DNA of 64,000 bases from Acidobacteriota bacterium (GCA_029562975.1 JAKQTR010000040.1:64683-128682); one strand, 5' to 3'. Positions 9,372-19,436 are shown, counted from the stretch's first letter. Translations and numbers: made by a program. The notes: generated from the letters alone by a model not told the origin.

Positions 9372-10168
9372 TGGCCGGGCCTGACCCCGGGTGGATCCCC
9401 GTCAACGCGCCGCCGCTCGCGCAGGGGCGCGCGCGGCCGCTCGTGGCGACGTTCCTCGAGCGGCCGCACCGGTTCGCCGCGATCTGCCGGAGGCGAGATG
9501 GCGAGGTGGTCGCGGCCCACGTGCCCAACCCCGGCCGGCTGACCGGCGTGCTGGCGCCCCGGTGCACCGTGCTGCTGGACGGGCCCTTCCCGCCGCCGCG
9601 CTCGCTGCTCTACACGATGCTGGCCGCCAGGCCTGCCGACGGGTGGATCGGCACGAACACCCTCTACGCCAACCGGGTCTTTCCCGCGCTCGTCTCGCAC
9701 GGGCTTTTCCCGGAGCTCGGGTCTCGTCTCGGCGCTGTGCGCGCGGAGGTCGCGCACGGCCGATCGCGGTTCGACTTCCAGCTTGGGAAGACGCTGGTCG
9801 AAGTGAAGTCGGTCACGCTCGCCGCGACCCGTTCGGCGGCGCGCGCAGGGCGACGGAGTGCCGCCGCCGGCTCGGATCGTGGAGCCGCCACGGCGCGCGT
9901 CGGCGCGTTTCCCGACGCCGTGAGCGCGCGGGCGGCGCGGCACTGCGACGAGCTGGCCGCGCTCGCGCGCGCGCGCCGCCGCGCGGCCATCGTCTTCGTG
10001 GCCCAGCGCGGCGATGTCGCGTCAGTGGCGCCGGCCGACGACATCGACCCGGATTTTGGCGCGGCCATCCGCGCGGCGTCGGCGGCCGGCGTCCTCGTCC
10101 TGGCCTGCGCCCTCGACATGACGCCGGCGGGCGCCACCCGCGCGCGCCGCATTCCGGTCCATCTGTAG
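9371..10168 (+). CDS. sfsA: sugar fermentation stimulation protein SfsA homolog
   Basis: The in-frame GTG at 9371 shares its G with the TAG stop of the upstream gene. 'FLERPHRFAA..AHVPNPGRL', 'GRSRFDF', 'VEVKSVTL', 'FPDAVSARAARHCDEL' and 'IVFVAQR' follow the SfsA pattern. Confidence 0.7.
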   Translation: MAGPDPGWIPVNAPPLAQGRARPLVATFLERPHRFAAICRRRDGEVVAAHVPNPGRLTGVLAPRCTVLLDGPFPPPRSLLYTMLAARPADGWIGTNTLYANRVFPALVSHGLFPELGSRLGAVRAEVAHGRSRFDFQLGKTLVEVKSVTLAATRSAARAGRRSAAAGSDRGAATARVGAFPDAVSARAARHCDELAALARARRRAAIVFVAQRGDVASVAPADDIDPDFGAAIRAASAAGVLVLACALDMTPAGATRARRIPVHL

Positions 10169-10213
10169 AGACGCGGTTCGCGACAGGTGGCACCGCCGTC
10201 CCGAGCGCCCGAG

Positions 10214-11665
10214 TCAGGCCAGCTCCGCGTCGAGCGCCTCCTGCACGAGCTCCCATGCCCGCGCCACGTGCCGCTCGGTCGTCTGCAGGTTGCCGATCGC
10301 GGCGCGCAGCGCGAAGCGGCCGTGAAGCGCCGTGTGCGAGATGAAGACCTCGCCCGAGGCGTTCACCCGCGCCAGGATCGCTTCGTTCAAGCGCGCGAGG
10401 CCGGCCTCGCTCCACTCGCGCCCGCGCGGCCGCGCGCGGAAGCAGACGACGCTGAAGGGCGCCGGCGCGAGGCGCTCGAAATCCGGGTGCGCGTCCACCC
10501 AGCGCGCCAGCTGCCGGCCGAGGCCGACGTGATGCCGGATCCGGCCGCGCAGGCCGTCGGCACCGAAGTAGCGGAGCAGCATCCAGAGCTTCAGCGCGCG
10601 GAACCGGCGGCCGAGCTGCACCCCGGTGTCCATCAGGTTGGCGGCGGCCTCCGGCGTCCTCAGGTACTCCGGCACGAGCGAGAAGGCCTGGCGCAGGACG
10701 TCCATGCGCCGGCAGAAAAACGCGCTCAGGTCGAACGGCGTGAACAGCCACTTGTGCGGGTTCACGACGAGCGAGTCGGCGCGCTCCGCGCCCGCCAGAA
10801 TGTGCGCGTGCTCGGGCAGCATCGCCGCCGCGCCGGCGTACGCCGCATCGACGTGCAGCCACAGACCCTCGGCTTCGCAGATGCCGGCGACTTCCGCCAC
10901 CGGGTCCACGCTCGTCGTCGAGGTCGTGCCCACCGTGGCGACGACGGCGACCGGCAGCACGCCCGCCGACCGGTCCTCGGCGATGGCGGCGCCGAGCGCG
11001 TCGGGCGGCAGGCGGAACTCCGCGTCGCAGGGAATGCGGCGCAGCGCCTCGTGGCCGAAGCCCGCAAGGATGACGCCCTTGTCAATCGAGGAATGCGCCT
11101 GGTCGGAGCAGTAGACGCGCAGCCGGGGCACGTCGGCGCGGCCAGCGAGGCCGAGGCGGCGGACGTGCGGCACCGCGGCTTCGCGCGCGGCGGCGAGGGC
11201 GTGCAGGCTCGACATGGAGGCCGTGTCGTAGATGACGCCCGCGAAGGAGTCCGGCAGGCCGAGCAGCCGCCTCAGCCAGCCGAGGGCGACGGCCTCGAGC
11301 TCCGTCGCCGAGGGCGACGTGCGCCAGAGCATCGCCTGCTGGTTCAGGGCCGCGGAGAGGAACTCGGCCAGGACGCCGGGCCCGCTCGCCGACGTGGCGA
11401 AGTACGCCATGAAGCCTGGATGATTCCAGTGCGTCATGCCCGGCATCAGGATGCGATCGAAGTCGGCGAGGATGCCGTCGAATGGTTCGGGCGAGTCCGG
11501 AGCCTCCGCGGGCAGGGCACGCCTGATATCCCCCGGCGCCACCCGGGCCAGCACGGGGTAGCGCTCCGGGTGCTCCATGTAGCGCGCGATCCACTCGACG
11601 ATGGCGTGGCCGTGCGCGCGAAACTCGTCGGCGCTCATGTCGCCGAGCGAAGCGGCGGTGGACAT
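10214..11665 (-). CDS. PLP-dependent aromatic-L-amino-acid decarboxylase (group II decarboxylase)
   Basis: 483-aa ORF with ATG at 11665, and AGGAGG 6 nt upstream. 'HWNHPGFMAYF', 'SDQAHSSIDKG', 'LHVDAAYAG', and the PLP-lysine motif 'NPHKW'. Confidence 0.85.
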   Translation of the reverse strand: MSTAASLGDMSADEFRAHGHAIVEWIARYMEHPERYPVLARVAPGDIRRALPAEAPDSPEPFDGILADFDRILMPGMTHWNHPGFMAYFATSASGPGVLAEFLSAALNQQAMLWRTSPSATELEAVALGWLRRLLGLPDSFAGVIYDTASMSSLHALAAAREAAVPHVRRLGLAGRADVPRLRVYCSDQAHSSIDKGVILAGFGHEALRRIPCDAEFRLPPDALGAAIAEDRSAGVLPVAVVATVGTTSTTSVDPVAEVAGICEAEGLWLHVDAAYAGAAAMLPEHAHILAGAERADSLVVNPHKWLFTPFDLSAFFCRRMDVLRQAFSLVPEYLRTPEAAANLMDTGVQLGRRFRALKLWMLLRYFGADGLRGRIRHHVGLGRQLARWVDAHPDFERLAPAPFSVVCFRARPRGREWSEAGLARLNEAILARVNASGEVFISHTALHGRFALRAAIGNLQTTERHVARAWELVQEALDAELA

Positions 11666-11752
11666 CCCGGGCCTCCTGCGCCAGATTCTAGCGCGAGGAG
11701 GCGGGCGGCTTGTGCCTGTCTGAGTCGAAGCCGGCGCCCGGCCCCGTGCCTC

Positions 11753-12772
11753 CTATCTCTCGACGACCACCGTGGCCGGCTCTCGCAGCCTGATCGTGAG
11801 GACCGTGCCCGAGGCGAGCACCGCGGGGTTCCGGCCTCCTGCCGCCTGCGCCGCGGTGCCGCCGGCGGCCCCGGCCGCGCCGCCGATGAGCGCGCCCGTG
11901 CGTCCACCGACGACGCCGCCGAGAATCGCGCCGCCGATGGCGGCGCCGCCGACCTTGGCGGCCGTCTCCTTGCCTGGGGACTTGCCCTCACGCGACACCG
12001 ACGCCGTGTCGATCGCCACGCGCGTGCCGTCGCCGAGCACCAGCGTGTGGAACCGGACGCCGATCTTCGCGCTCGTCCGCAGTTTGCCGCCGCGCTCGAC
12101 AGCGATCACCGACCCGACGATCCGCGTGCCGGCTGGAATGGCGACGCTCGTGCCCACCAGGACGTCACGAATCACGCGCGCCTCGACCGGGTCTTCGACC
12201 CTCGCCACTTCGCTCGACACCGACGAGGCGAGCTGAATGCCGAGCACCGAGTCGGCTGGCACCACGAACTCTTCGAACGTCCGCGGCGCCGGCCCTTTCT
12301 CCTCTGGCGTCCCGACAGGCGCCTCGGCTGGCGTGTCAGGCGCCGCTGTCTGCCGAGGATCCGGCGCAGCCCACACCAGTGCCGCCGGGGCCTCCGAACC
12401 CGGCGTGTCCGCCGCCGACACGCCGGCCTCGCCTGACGGCTCGGCCGTCACGGAGGAGCCTGCCTGAACTGGCGAGGGGCGTGACGGGCCCGATGCCTGG
12501 GCTGCCGCGCCACGGGTCCCCGCGTCGCCGGTCAGGCCGCCAGCCGCAGTCAGCTGAGCCGTCGCGGTCCGGACGGTTTCCACATGCGCCTGCCGGTACT
12601 CCGGCGCCGGCCCAGCCGCGCCGGCGCCGGCTTCGTTCGCGGCGCCTGCCCGAGCCTGGAGACGCTCGCCGGCCGTGCCTGCCGGGTGTTCCCGCAGAGC
12701 CAGATACGCGCCCGCGGCGGCCCCCGCTGCGACCAGTGCCCCCGCCAGCGCGATCGTCGCCAGCTTGTTCAT
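11753..12772 (-). CDS. hypothetical membrane-anchored protein with Ala/Gly/Pro-rich linker and C-terminal glycine-zipper segment
   Basis: ATG at 12772 (GTG at 12775 is also possible). N-terminal TM segment (NKLATIALAGALVAAGAAAGAYLAL). The C-terminus 'GGAAIGGAILGGVVGGRTGALIGGAAGAAGG' is glycine-zipper-like. I recognised no specific family. Confidence 0.45.
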   Translation of the reverse strand: MNKLATIALAGALVAAGAAAGAYLALREHPAGTAGERLQARAGAANEAGAGAAGPAPEYRQAHVETVRTATAQLTAAGGLTGDAGTRGAAAQASGPSRPSPVQAGSSVTAEPSGEAGVSAADTPGSEAPAALVWAAPDPRQTAAPDTPAEAPVGTPEEKGPAPRTFEEFVVPADSVLGIQLASSVSSEVARVEDPVEARVIRDVLVGTSVAIPAGTRIVGSVIAVERGGKLRTSAKIGVRFHTLVLGDGTRVAIDTASVSREGKSPGKETAAKVGGAAIGGAILGGVVGGRTGALIGGAAGAAGGTAAQAAGGRNPAVLASGTVLTIRLREPATVVVER

Positions 12773-12979
12773 CACCGTCTCCCTGTTCCAGACAGACGAG
12801 AGAGCAACTCCCGTGCCGGAACGGCGGGCCGGGACCTTCCCGGAAACGGCTTCCTGCCGTGGAGTTTAGCTGAAGGGCAGCCGGGTGGTTCCCCGCCTCC
12901 GCTGCTGAATCGTCCACGTCCGAGCCCGGGGGGTGTCTCCATTTGCAAACAACCTGCTCAGGCGGCAGAATGGCCGACA

Positions 12980-13711
12980 ATGAGATTGCTCGATCGGCTC
13001 GTGCAGGACGGCGATCGCCTGTTTCGATGGCGCAGCTACCTGCCGCTGATTCTCGTGCCGGTCGTCATCGCCGGTGTGCTGGCGACGCCGCCACCGTTCT
13101 CGGCGCGCCGGACGGAGCGTCTATGGGAGCTGGGGAGCACCCTGCTGGCGCTGTTCGGCCTGGCGATTCGGGCGTGGGCCGTCGGGTCGGCGCCGGAGGG
13201 CACGTCCGAACGGAGCACCGTCAACCCGCGTGCGTCCCGGCTGCGCACCTCCGGGCCGTACTCACTGGTGCGCCACCCGCTCTATCTGGCGAACGGCCTC
13301 ATGGCGCTCGGCGTGGTTCTCTTTCCGGGCGTCTGGTACCTGCCGCTCGTGCTCGTTCCGGCATTCCTCCTCTACTACGAGCGGATCGCCGTGCGCGAGG
13401 AGGCATTCCTGCTCGAGCGGTTCGGACGCGAGTTCGAGGAGTGGGCGGACCGGGTTCCCGCCGCCGTGCCGTCGCGCGCAGCCTACGTCCGCGCGACGGA
13501 GCCGTTCTCGTGGAAGAAGGTTCTGCGGCACGAGTTCCACGGCCTCTTCGTGGTTGCGGCGAGCGTGTTCGCGATCGACGCGATGCAGGAGTCCTGGCGC
13601 GCGCGCGCCTGGCGGGCAGACGGGCCGTGGGCGTGGTTCGCGGGCGCGAGCGCGGTGCTCTTCGTGGTCTTCACCGCGTTGAAGCGGGGGACGCGCCTCT
13701 TCGACCACTGA
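12980..13711 (+). CDS. isoprenylcysteine carboxyl methyltransferase (ICMT)/PEMT-like membrane methyltransferase
   Basis: In-frame ATG at 12980 within ORF 12584..13711. Several TM segments. 'LRTSGPYSLVRHPLYLANGLMALG..YYERIAVREEAFLLERFG' matches the ICMT/PEMT signature. Confidence 0.65.
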   Translation: MRLLDRLVQDGDRLFRWRSYLPLILVPVVIAGVLATPPPFSARRTERLWELGSTLLALFGLAIRAWAVGSAPEGTSERSTVNPRASRLRTSGPYSLVRHPLYLANGLMALGVVLFPGVWYLPLVLVPAFLLYYERIAVREEAFLLERFGREFEEWADRVPAAVPSRAAYVRATEPFSWKKVLRHEFHGLFVVAASVFAIDAMQESWRARAWRADGPWAWFAGASAVLFVVFTALKRGTRLFDH

Positions 13712-13724
13712 GCGGGGGCGGCAC

Positions 13725-14204
13725 ATGCGCCTGAAGCGGTACTACAGCTCGCGGGACGTGACGGCGCTCACCGGCCTGAGCGCCGACCAGCTCCGGTGGT
13801 GGGAGCGGCAGGGGCTGGTGCAGCCGGCGATCGCCCCGCGCCGCACGGAGACCGGCGGCTACACCGAGCGCCGCTACACTCCCGTGGACCTGCTCGAGAT
13901 CATGGTGCTCGCCGATCTGCGGCGCCGCGGGTTCTCGCTGACCCGCCTGCGGGACCTCGTCGACAAGCTCAGCAGCCACTTCGGCGTGCGCCTTTACGAA
14001 GCCACCGGCCAGAGCGGGCCCGTCACGCTGCTTACCGATGGCGGCGATGTCTACGTGCGGACCCCGGACGGGCGCTTCTTCAACCTGCTGAAGAATCCGA
14101 CGCAGCCGCTCCTCGTCATTGGCGAGGAAGCCGGCTTCAAGGTCCTCGCCTCGCGGGCGCGCCCGCGGAAGAGGCGGCCGAAGAAGCCCGCCGCCGGGGC
14201 GTGA
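13725..14204 (+). CDS. MerR-family transcriptional regulator
   Basis: 159-aa ORF. The N-terminal HTH 'YYSSRDVTALTGLSADQLRWWERQGLVQP...RRYTPVDLLEIMVLADLRRRGFSL' is MerR-like. Confidence 0.7.
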   Translation: MRLKRYYSSRDVTALTGLSADQLRWWERQGLVQPAIAPRRTETGGYTERRYTPVDLLEIMVLADLRRRGFSLTRLRDLVDKLSSHFGVRLYEATGQSGPVTLLTDGGDVYVRTPDGRFFNLLKNPTQPLLVIGEEAGFKVLASRARPRKRRPKKPAAGA

Positions 14205-14206
14205 GC

Positions 14207-16306
14207 ATGCGGGCCGCGCTCGCAGCGGGCCGCGCCGCCTGCGCCTCGCTCGCGCTGGGCGCCGCGGCCGCGGTGGCCGCGGGCCTGGCCGCCGACGCGC
14301 GCCTCGCCGCCAGGGCCCGGCAGGGCCCGGTCTTCAAGTCCGGCGTCGAAGTGATCGCCATCGACGTCCGCGTCATCGACAAGGACGGCCGCCCAATCGG
14401 CGGCCTTCGCCCCGAGCAGTTCGAGGTGAGCATCGACGGCAGGCCCAGGCGCGTCGTGTCGGCCGACTTCGTCGAGTACGCGGCCGGCGACGGCGTCCGG
14501 GCGGCTGTGGGCAAGCCGGAAGACGTGAGGCGGCCGCGCTTCAGCTCGAGCGAAGAGGCCGCCGCGGCGCCTTCGCCGGGCCGGCTCATCTACCTCGCCG
14601 TCGATCAGGGCAGCTTCAAGCCCCTCGCCGCCCGCGGCGCGATGGAGGCCGCCAGGCGCTTCATCGACCGCTTGCAGCCCGGCGATCGCGTCGGCTTCGT
14701 GGCGTTTCCCGCGCCCGGCCCTCTCGTCGAGGCCTCGCGCGACCACGCAGCCGCGCGCGCAGCGACCGCGCAGATCGTCGGCCGAGCCCTGCCGTTGAAG
14801 TCCGACGGCCTGGACAAGAACGTCAGCCTTGGAGAGGCCATCGACATCCGGGCCGGGGACGCCATCGTGCTGGAGAAGGTCCTGGCCCGGGAGTGCGCGG
14901 GCCTCGGCCCTTCCGCCCGACCGGCGTGCGAACTCGCCGTGCGGGACACCGCGCTGGCTGTCGGCCACAGCGCCGAGATGCAGGCGACGCGCAGCCTGGC
15001 TGGCATGGAGTCAATCGTCCGCAGCCTCGCGCGGATCTCCGGGCGCAAGACGCTGGTCTTCCTCAGCGCCGGGCTTCCCGTGTCGGATCGGAGCGGCCGC
15101 GACCTGCAGTTCCTGCCCTGGATGACGTCACTGGGCCGCGAGGCGGCCGCGGCCAACCTCAATCTCTACGTGCTGCACGTCGACTCGGGCTTCCTGGACG
15201 CTTTTTCGGCCGAGAACCGGACGGTGAGCGACGCGCTCGACCGGGACCTCAGCCTGACGAGCGGAGGCCTTGAAGCCATCGCGGGGTCCGGCGGCGGAAC
15301 GCTGATTCGCGTTGTCGCGGGCGCCGACCACGCGTTTGACCGCGTCCAGCGAGAGACGGCAGCCGAGTATCTGCTGGGCGTGGAGCCCGCCCAGAGCGAC
15401 CGGGACGGCAGGCCGCACCGCATCGCCGTCAAGGTCGCCGTCGACGGGGCCGAGGTGCGCAGCCGCAGGGAGTTCGTGCTGGCCGCGGCCAGCCGGGTTT
15501 CCGGGAAGCCCATCGACCCGGTGCGGTCTCCGGCACCCGTCCGGCCCGTCGCCGCGGCCTTCGCCGGCCGGCCGTCCCTCGACTTGCCCGTGTCAGTCGC
15601 GACCTGGGTCATGACGGCCCGCTCGGGCAGGCACACGGTCTACGTCAGCGCGGACATCGGCGGCGACTTCGCCGGGCCGGCGGGCGTCGAAGTGATGTAC
15701 GCGTTCACGGATGCCGCGGGCCGCACCCACGCGCCCGTCGAGCGCTCGGACATCCTGCTCCCGCGCCGCACGGGCCGCCCTGGCTCGCTCGCCTTCGCGG
15801 TGCGGGACGAGCTCGAGCCGGGATCGTACACGCTCCGCTTCGCGGCCTCGGACGCGTCGGGCCGCAGCGGCTGGACCGATCACCGCTTCACCGTCGCTCC
15901 GAGGACGGCCGGCACGGTCGAGTTCTCGGACCTGATGCTGCTCGAGCCGCAGCAGGGCGGCGAGGCCATGCCCGCCATTGTCACGACCGGCGCGCTGCGC
16001 CTGCGCGCGGTGGAGGCGCACCTCGAGGTCGCGCCGTTGGCGCCGGAAGCCGCGGTGGCGGGGGTCACCATCGGCGTTGCCAGCGCGACGGACCCGGCCC
16101 TGCTCGTCTCCGAGAGCGCGTTCCTGTCCCGCGGCGCGGATCGCGCCGCGGCGTGGACCGCCGTCGCCTACCTCGACCTCGGGGAGCTTCCGCCGGGTGA
16201 CTACGTCGCGGTGGCCATCGTGTCGAACGGCGATCGGGAGCTCGGCCGGGTGGACCGGCCCTTTCGCATCGAGGGCGTTCCTCCGCAGGGACTGCCGTTC
16301 CCCTAG
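14207..16306 (+). CDS. VWA-domain protein (resembles the acidobacterial VWFA-related family)
   Basis: ATG at 14207 (or GTG at 14201), immediately after or overlapping the MerR stop at 14202-14204. Signal peptide. 'FKSGVEVIAIDVRVIDKDGRPIGGLRPEQFEVSIDG', then 'LIYLAVDQGS..PGDRVGFVAFP..KTLVFLSAG', a VWA-like fold pattern. Confidence 0.65.
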   Translation: MRAALAAGRAACASLALGAAAAVAAGLAADARLAARARQGPVFKSGVEVIAIDVRVIDKDGRPIGGLRPEQFEVSIDGRPRRVVSADFVEYAAGDGVRAAVGKPEDVRRPRFSSSEEAAAAPSPGRLIYLAVDQGSFKPLAARGAMEAARRFIDRLQPGDRVGFVAFPAPGPLVEASRDHAAARAATAQIVGRALPLKSDGLDKNVSLGEAIDIRAGDAIVLEKVLARECAGLGPSARPACELAVRDTALAVGHSAEMQATRSLAGMESIVRSLARISGRKTLVFLSAGLPVSDRSGRDLQFLPWMTSLGREAAAANLNLYVLHVDSGFLDAFSAENRTVSDALDRDLSLTSGGLEAIAGSGGGTLIRVVAGADHAFDRVQRETAAEYLLGVEPAQSDRDGRPHRIAVKVAVDGAEVRSRREFVLAAASRVSGKPIDPVRSPAPVRPVAAAFAGRPSLDLPVSVATWVMTARSGRHTVYVSADIGGDFAGPAGVEVMYAFTDAAGRTHAPVERSDILLPRRTGRPGSLAFAVRDELEPGSYTLRFAASDASGRSGWTDHRFTVAPRTAGTVEFSDLMLLEPQQGGEAMPAIVTTGALRLRAVEAHLEVAPLAPEAAVAGVTIGVASATDPALLVSESAFLSRGADRAAAWTAVAYLDLGELPPGDYVAVAIVSNGDRELGRVDRPFRIEGVPPQGLPFP

Positions 16307-16312
16307 GCCGCC

Positions 16313-16328
16313 CGGTCGCGGCCGACCG
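16313..16328 (+). terminator. GC-rich hairpin after the VWA gene stop (CGGTCG-cggc-CGACCG)
   Basis: A 6-bp perfect stem with a 4-nt loop starts 7 nt after the TAG at 16304-16306. There is no U-tract. Confidence 0.25.
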
Positions 16329-16481
16329 CGTCCGGCGGGGCCAGGGTCTTGCGCCCGACCATGCCGCAGGCCGCTGCGCCGATGGTATCGCCCGACCGTT
16401 CGTGCTATAACCTCGCGATTGCGTTCGGCCCGTCCGGCGCCGCATGGCCGACGGGCCGAGCGCGACAGGAGTCACGGCACC

Positions 16482-19436
16482 ATGAGCACACGCACGGTTG
16501 TTTCGGCCGGCACTCGCCTTCTGCTCGTCGTCCTCGCCGCGGCCGCGGCCGCGCCCGCGACGCACGCGCAGAAGGCGGCGCCCGCGCAGAAGCCGGACGA
16601 GGCCTACACCAGGCTGATCAAGGAGTACACGCAGGATCCCCGCATCAGCACCGAGCTCGTCGATCACATGCCGGCGAGCGACAAGGTCCCGTCGCCGCTG
16701 AAGTTCTTCGGGCGCATTCCGGGGACGCCCGGGGAGCTGACGTACGCGAAGGACATCCACCGCTACTACGAGGCGCTCGCGAAGGCGTCGCCGCGCTGCC
16801 GGTTCTGGACGATCGGGAAGTCGGAAGAAGGCCGCGACATGGTGCTGCTCGCGGTCGCAGACGAGGCGACGATCAGGAACCTCGACGCCTACAAGGCGCA
16901 CCTGAACGCGCTCACCGACCCGCGCAAGACCACCGAGGCCAGGGCGCGGCAGCTCATCAAGACCGCCAAGCCGGTCTATTGGATCACGGCCGGCCTGCAC
17001 TCGGGCGAGACCGGCGGCCCGGAGACGCTGATCGAGCTCGCGTACCGCCTCGCCGTGGAGGAGACGCCGTTCATCCAGCAGATCCGCAACAACGTCATCG
17101 TGCTCGTCACGCCCGTGCTCGAGGTGGACGGCAAAGAGAAGCACGTCGACACGTACTACTACGGCAAGAAGACCGGGAAACCGCGTCCGCCGATGGTCTA
17201 CTGGGGCAAGTACGTCGCGCACGACAACAACCGCGACGCCATGGGCCAGGTGCTGAAGCTCACCCAGAACGTCAACCGCGCGTTCCTCGAGTGGAAGCCG
17301 ACGATCCTGCACGACCTGCACGAGGCGTCGAACTACCTCTACACGTCCACCGGGACCGGGCCGTACAACGAGGCCCTCGACGCCATCACGATCAACGAGT
17401 GGTGGGCGCTCGCGAACACCGAGGTCATGGAGATGACCAAGCGCGGCGTGCCCGGCGTGTGGACCTACGGCTTCTACGACGGCTGGACCGCCAACTACCT
17501 GTTCTACGTCGCCCACGCGAAGAACGCCGTCGGCCGCTTCTACGAGGTGCAGAGCTACGGGCCGGACATCGTCGAGAACCTGCGGCTGGGGACGAACGCG
17601 ACGAGCCGCGAGTGGTATCGGCCGAACCCGCCTCTCCCGTCCATCAAGTGGGGGCCGCGCAACAACGTCAACATCCAGCAGTCGGCCCTGCTCATCGCGC
17701 TCAACTACGTGGGGAAGAACCGCGAGGTGTTCCTCGAGAACTACTGGCTCAAGAACCAGCGCGCCGTGACCCGGGGCCGGAGCGAGGCGCCCTTCGCGTG
17801 GGTGATCCCGGCCGCCCAGCGGCGCAAGGCCGAGGCGGCCGACCTGGTCAACAACCTGCGCCGGCAGGGCCTCGAGATCTCGCGCGCGGACGCGCCGTTC
17901 AAGGCCGGCGCCCTCGACGTCCGCGCCGGCGACTACATCGTCCGGGCCGACCAGCCGTACCGGACGATGGCGGAGATGTACTTCAGCGTGCAGAACTTCG
18001 CGCCCGGGAACCCCCGGCCCTACGACGACACCGGCTGGACGATGCCGCTCATGCGGAACGTCGAGCTCGTGCCCGTCGCCGAGAAGGAAGTGCTCGAGCG
18101 GCCGATGACCCTCGTGACGGCGGACGTCCTGGCGCCGGGCGGCATCGAGGGGTCGGGGCCCGTGCTGGTGGTCGATCACACGAGCGACAACGCCATCGTG
18201 ACGTTCCGGTTCAGGCACGCGGGCGTGAAGATGCTCGCGGCGGAGGAGGACTTTACGCTGGCGGGGCACCGCTTCCGGGCCGGGGCCATGATCGTGCCGG
18301 GAGCCGACCGGGCGGCGCTCGAGCCGACCCTCAAGGAACTCGGCTTGTCGGCCTGGGCCGTCCCCGCCGCGCCCGAGGTCAAGACCCACGACCTGGACGT
18401 GCCGCGCATCGGCTACGTGCATGCCTGGTCGAGCACGCAGAACGAGGGCTGGGTCCGGGCCGCCTTCGACCACTACGGCGTGCCCTACACGTACTTCGGG
18501 GACACGAAGCTGCGGGAGGGCAGGCTCCGGGCGGCGTACGACGTGATCGTGTTTCCGCACGTCGGCGGGACCGCGCAGGCGATGGTGAACGGGATCGCCA
18601 GAACGGGATCGGAACCGCTGCCCTACCGGAAGTCGGAGTTGACGCCGAACCTCGGCGCGCAGGACCAGGCCGACGACATCCGCGGCGGGATGGGCATCGA
18701 GGGCCTGATGAACCTCTACCAGTTCGTCAGGGACGGAGGCCTCCTGATTGTCGAGGGGGCGACCTCGACGATCTTCCCCGAGTACAAGCTCGTCAACGGC
18801 GTCACGGTGGAGAGCCCGCCGGGCCTGTTCGTGCGCGGGTCGATCGTCCGCGGCATGGTCGCCGACGCGAAGAGCCCGATCCTGTACGGCTACGACGGCG
18901 CGCAGATCCCCGTGTACTTCAATCAGGACCCCGTGCTGGCTGTCGGCGGATTCGGCCTGGGAGGCGGGCGCGGAGGCGCCGCTGGCGCGCAGATCCCGGG
19001 CGTCGGGATGACTGTGGCGCCCAACGCGGCCTCGACGCAGAAGCTGTCGCCGTGGAAGCTGGAGACCCGGCCGGAGGAGGAGCGTCGAGCCGACCAGGCC
19101 GCCTCCGCCGGCGGCGGGCGAAGCGCGGGGACCGGCCCGGCGGAAACCGGCCAGGCCGCCGGCCGCGGCGCGGCCGCGGCGTTCAGCGGAGCCGGGTCCG
19201 AGGCGCCTCGCGTGATCCTGCGCTTCCCGTCGAACCCGGACGAGATGCTGCTCTCGGGCGTCCTCGTCGGCGGCCAGGCCCTCGCGGGCCGCGCTCAGGT
19301 GGTGGATGCGCCCATCGGATCCGGGCACGTCGTGATGTTCGCGATCCGCCCCTACTGGCGGTGGCAGACCCAGGGCACGTTCTGCCTCGGCTTCAACGCG
19401 ATTCTCAACTGGAATGACCTGGACGCGGGGAGGTAG
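16482..19436 (+). CDS. M14-family zinc metallopeptidase (carboxypeptidase-like), secreted, large
   Basis: In-frame ATG at 16482 (MSTRTVVSAGTRLLLVVLAAAAAAPATHAQ signal peptide). 'WITAGLHSGETGGPE' (HxxE zinc motif). 'HDNNRD' and 'LHDLHE' further downstream. Confidence 0.8.
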   Translation: MSTRTVVSAGTRLLLVVLAAAAAAPATHAQKAAPAQKPDEAYTRLIKEYTQDPRISTELVDHMPASDKVPSPLKFFGRIPGTPGELTYAKDIHRYYEALAKASPRCRFWTIGKSEEGRDMVLLAVADEATIRNLDAYKAHLNALTDPRKTTEARARQLIKTAKPVYWITAGLHSGETGGPETLIELAYRLAVEETPFIQQIRNNVIVLVTPVLEVDGKEKHVDTYYYGKKTGKPRPPMVYWGKYVAHDNNRDAMGQVLKLTQNVNRAFLEWKPTILHDLHEASNYLYTSTGTGPYNEALDAITINEWWALANTEVMEMTKRGVPGVWTYGFYDGWTANYLFYVAHAKNAVGRFYEVQSYGPDIVENLRLGTNATSREWYRPNPPLPSIKWGPRNNVNIQQSALLIALNYVGKNREVFLENYWLKNQRAVTRGRSEAPFAWVIPAAQRRKAEAADLVNNLRRQGLEISRADAPFKAGALDVRAGDYIVRADQPYRTMAEMYFSVQNFAPGNPRPYDDTGWTMPLMRNVELVPVAEKEVLERPMTLVTADVLAPGGIEGSGPVLVVDHTSDNAIVTFRFRHAGVKMLAAEEDFTLAGHRFRAGAMIVPGADRAALEPTLKELGLSAWAVPAAPEVKTHDLDVPRIGYVHAWSSTQNEGWVRAAFDHYGVPYTYFGDTKLREGRLRAAYDVIVFPHVGGTAQAMVNGIARTGSEPLPYRKSELTPNLGAQDQADDIRGGMGIEGLMNLYQFVRDGGLLIVEGATSTIFPEYKLVNGVTVESPPGLFVRGSIVRGMVADAKSPILYGYDGAQIPVYFNQDPVLAVGGFGLGGGRGGAAGAQIPGVGMTVAPNAASTQKLSPWKLETRPEEERRADQAASAGGGRSAGTGPAETGQAAGRGAAAAFSGAGSEAPRVILRFPSNPDEMLLSGVLVGGQALAGRAQVVDAPIGSGHVVMFAIRPYWRWQTQGTFCLGFNAILNWNDLDAGR

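Noticed and set aside
10179-10200. A perfect TGGCAC hexamer in the sfsA/decarboxylase gap
   Set aside because: No GC lies at the required +10 spacing. The gap lies between convergent gene ends, so there is nothing to transcribe.
16339-16352. GGGGCC-AGGGT-CTTGCG upstream of the M14 peptidase as a sigma54 promoter
   Set aside because: The GG-N10-GC spacing is correct, but the -24 element matches only GGC. The gene has no obvious link to the EPS regulon. The evidence is too weak to call.
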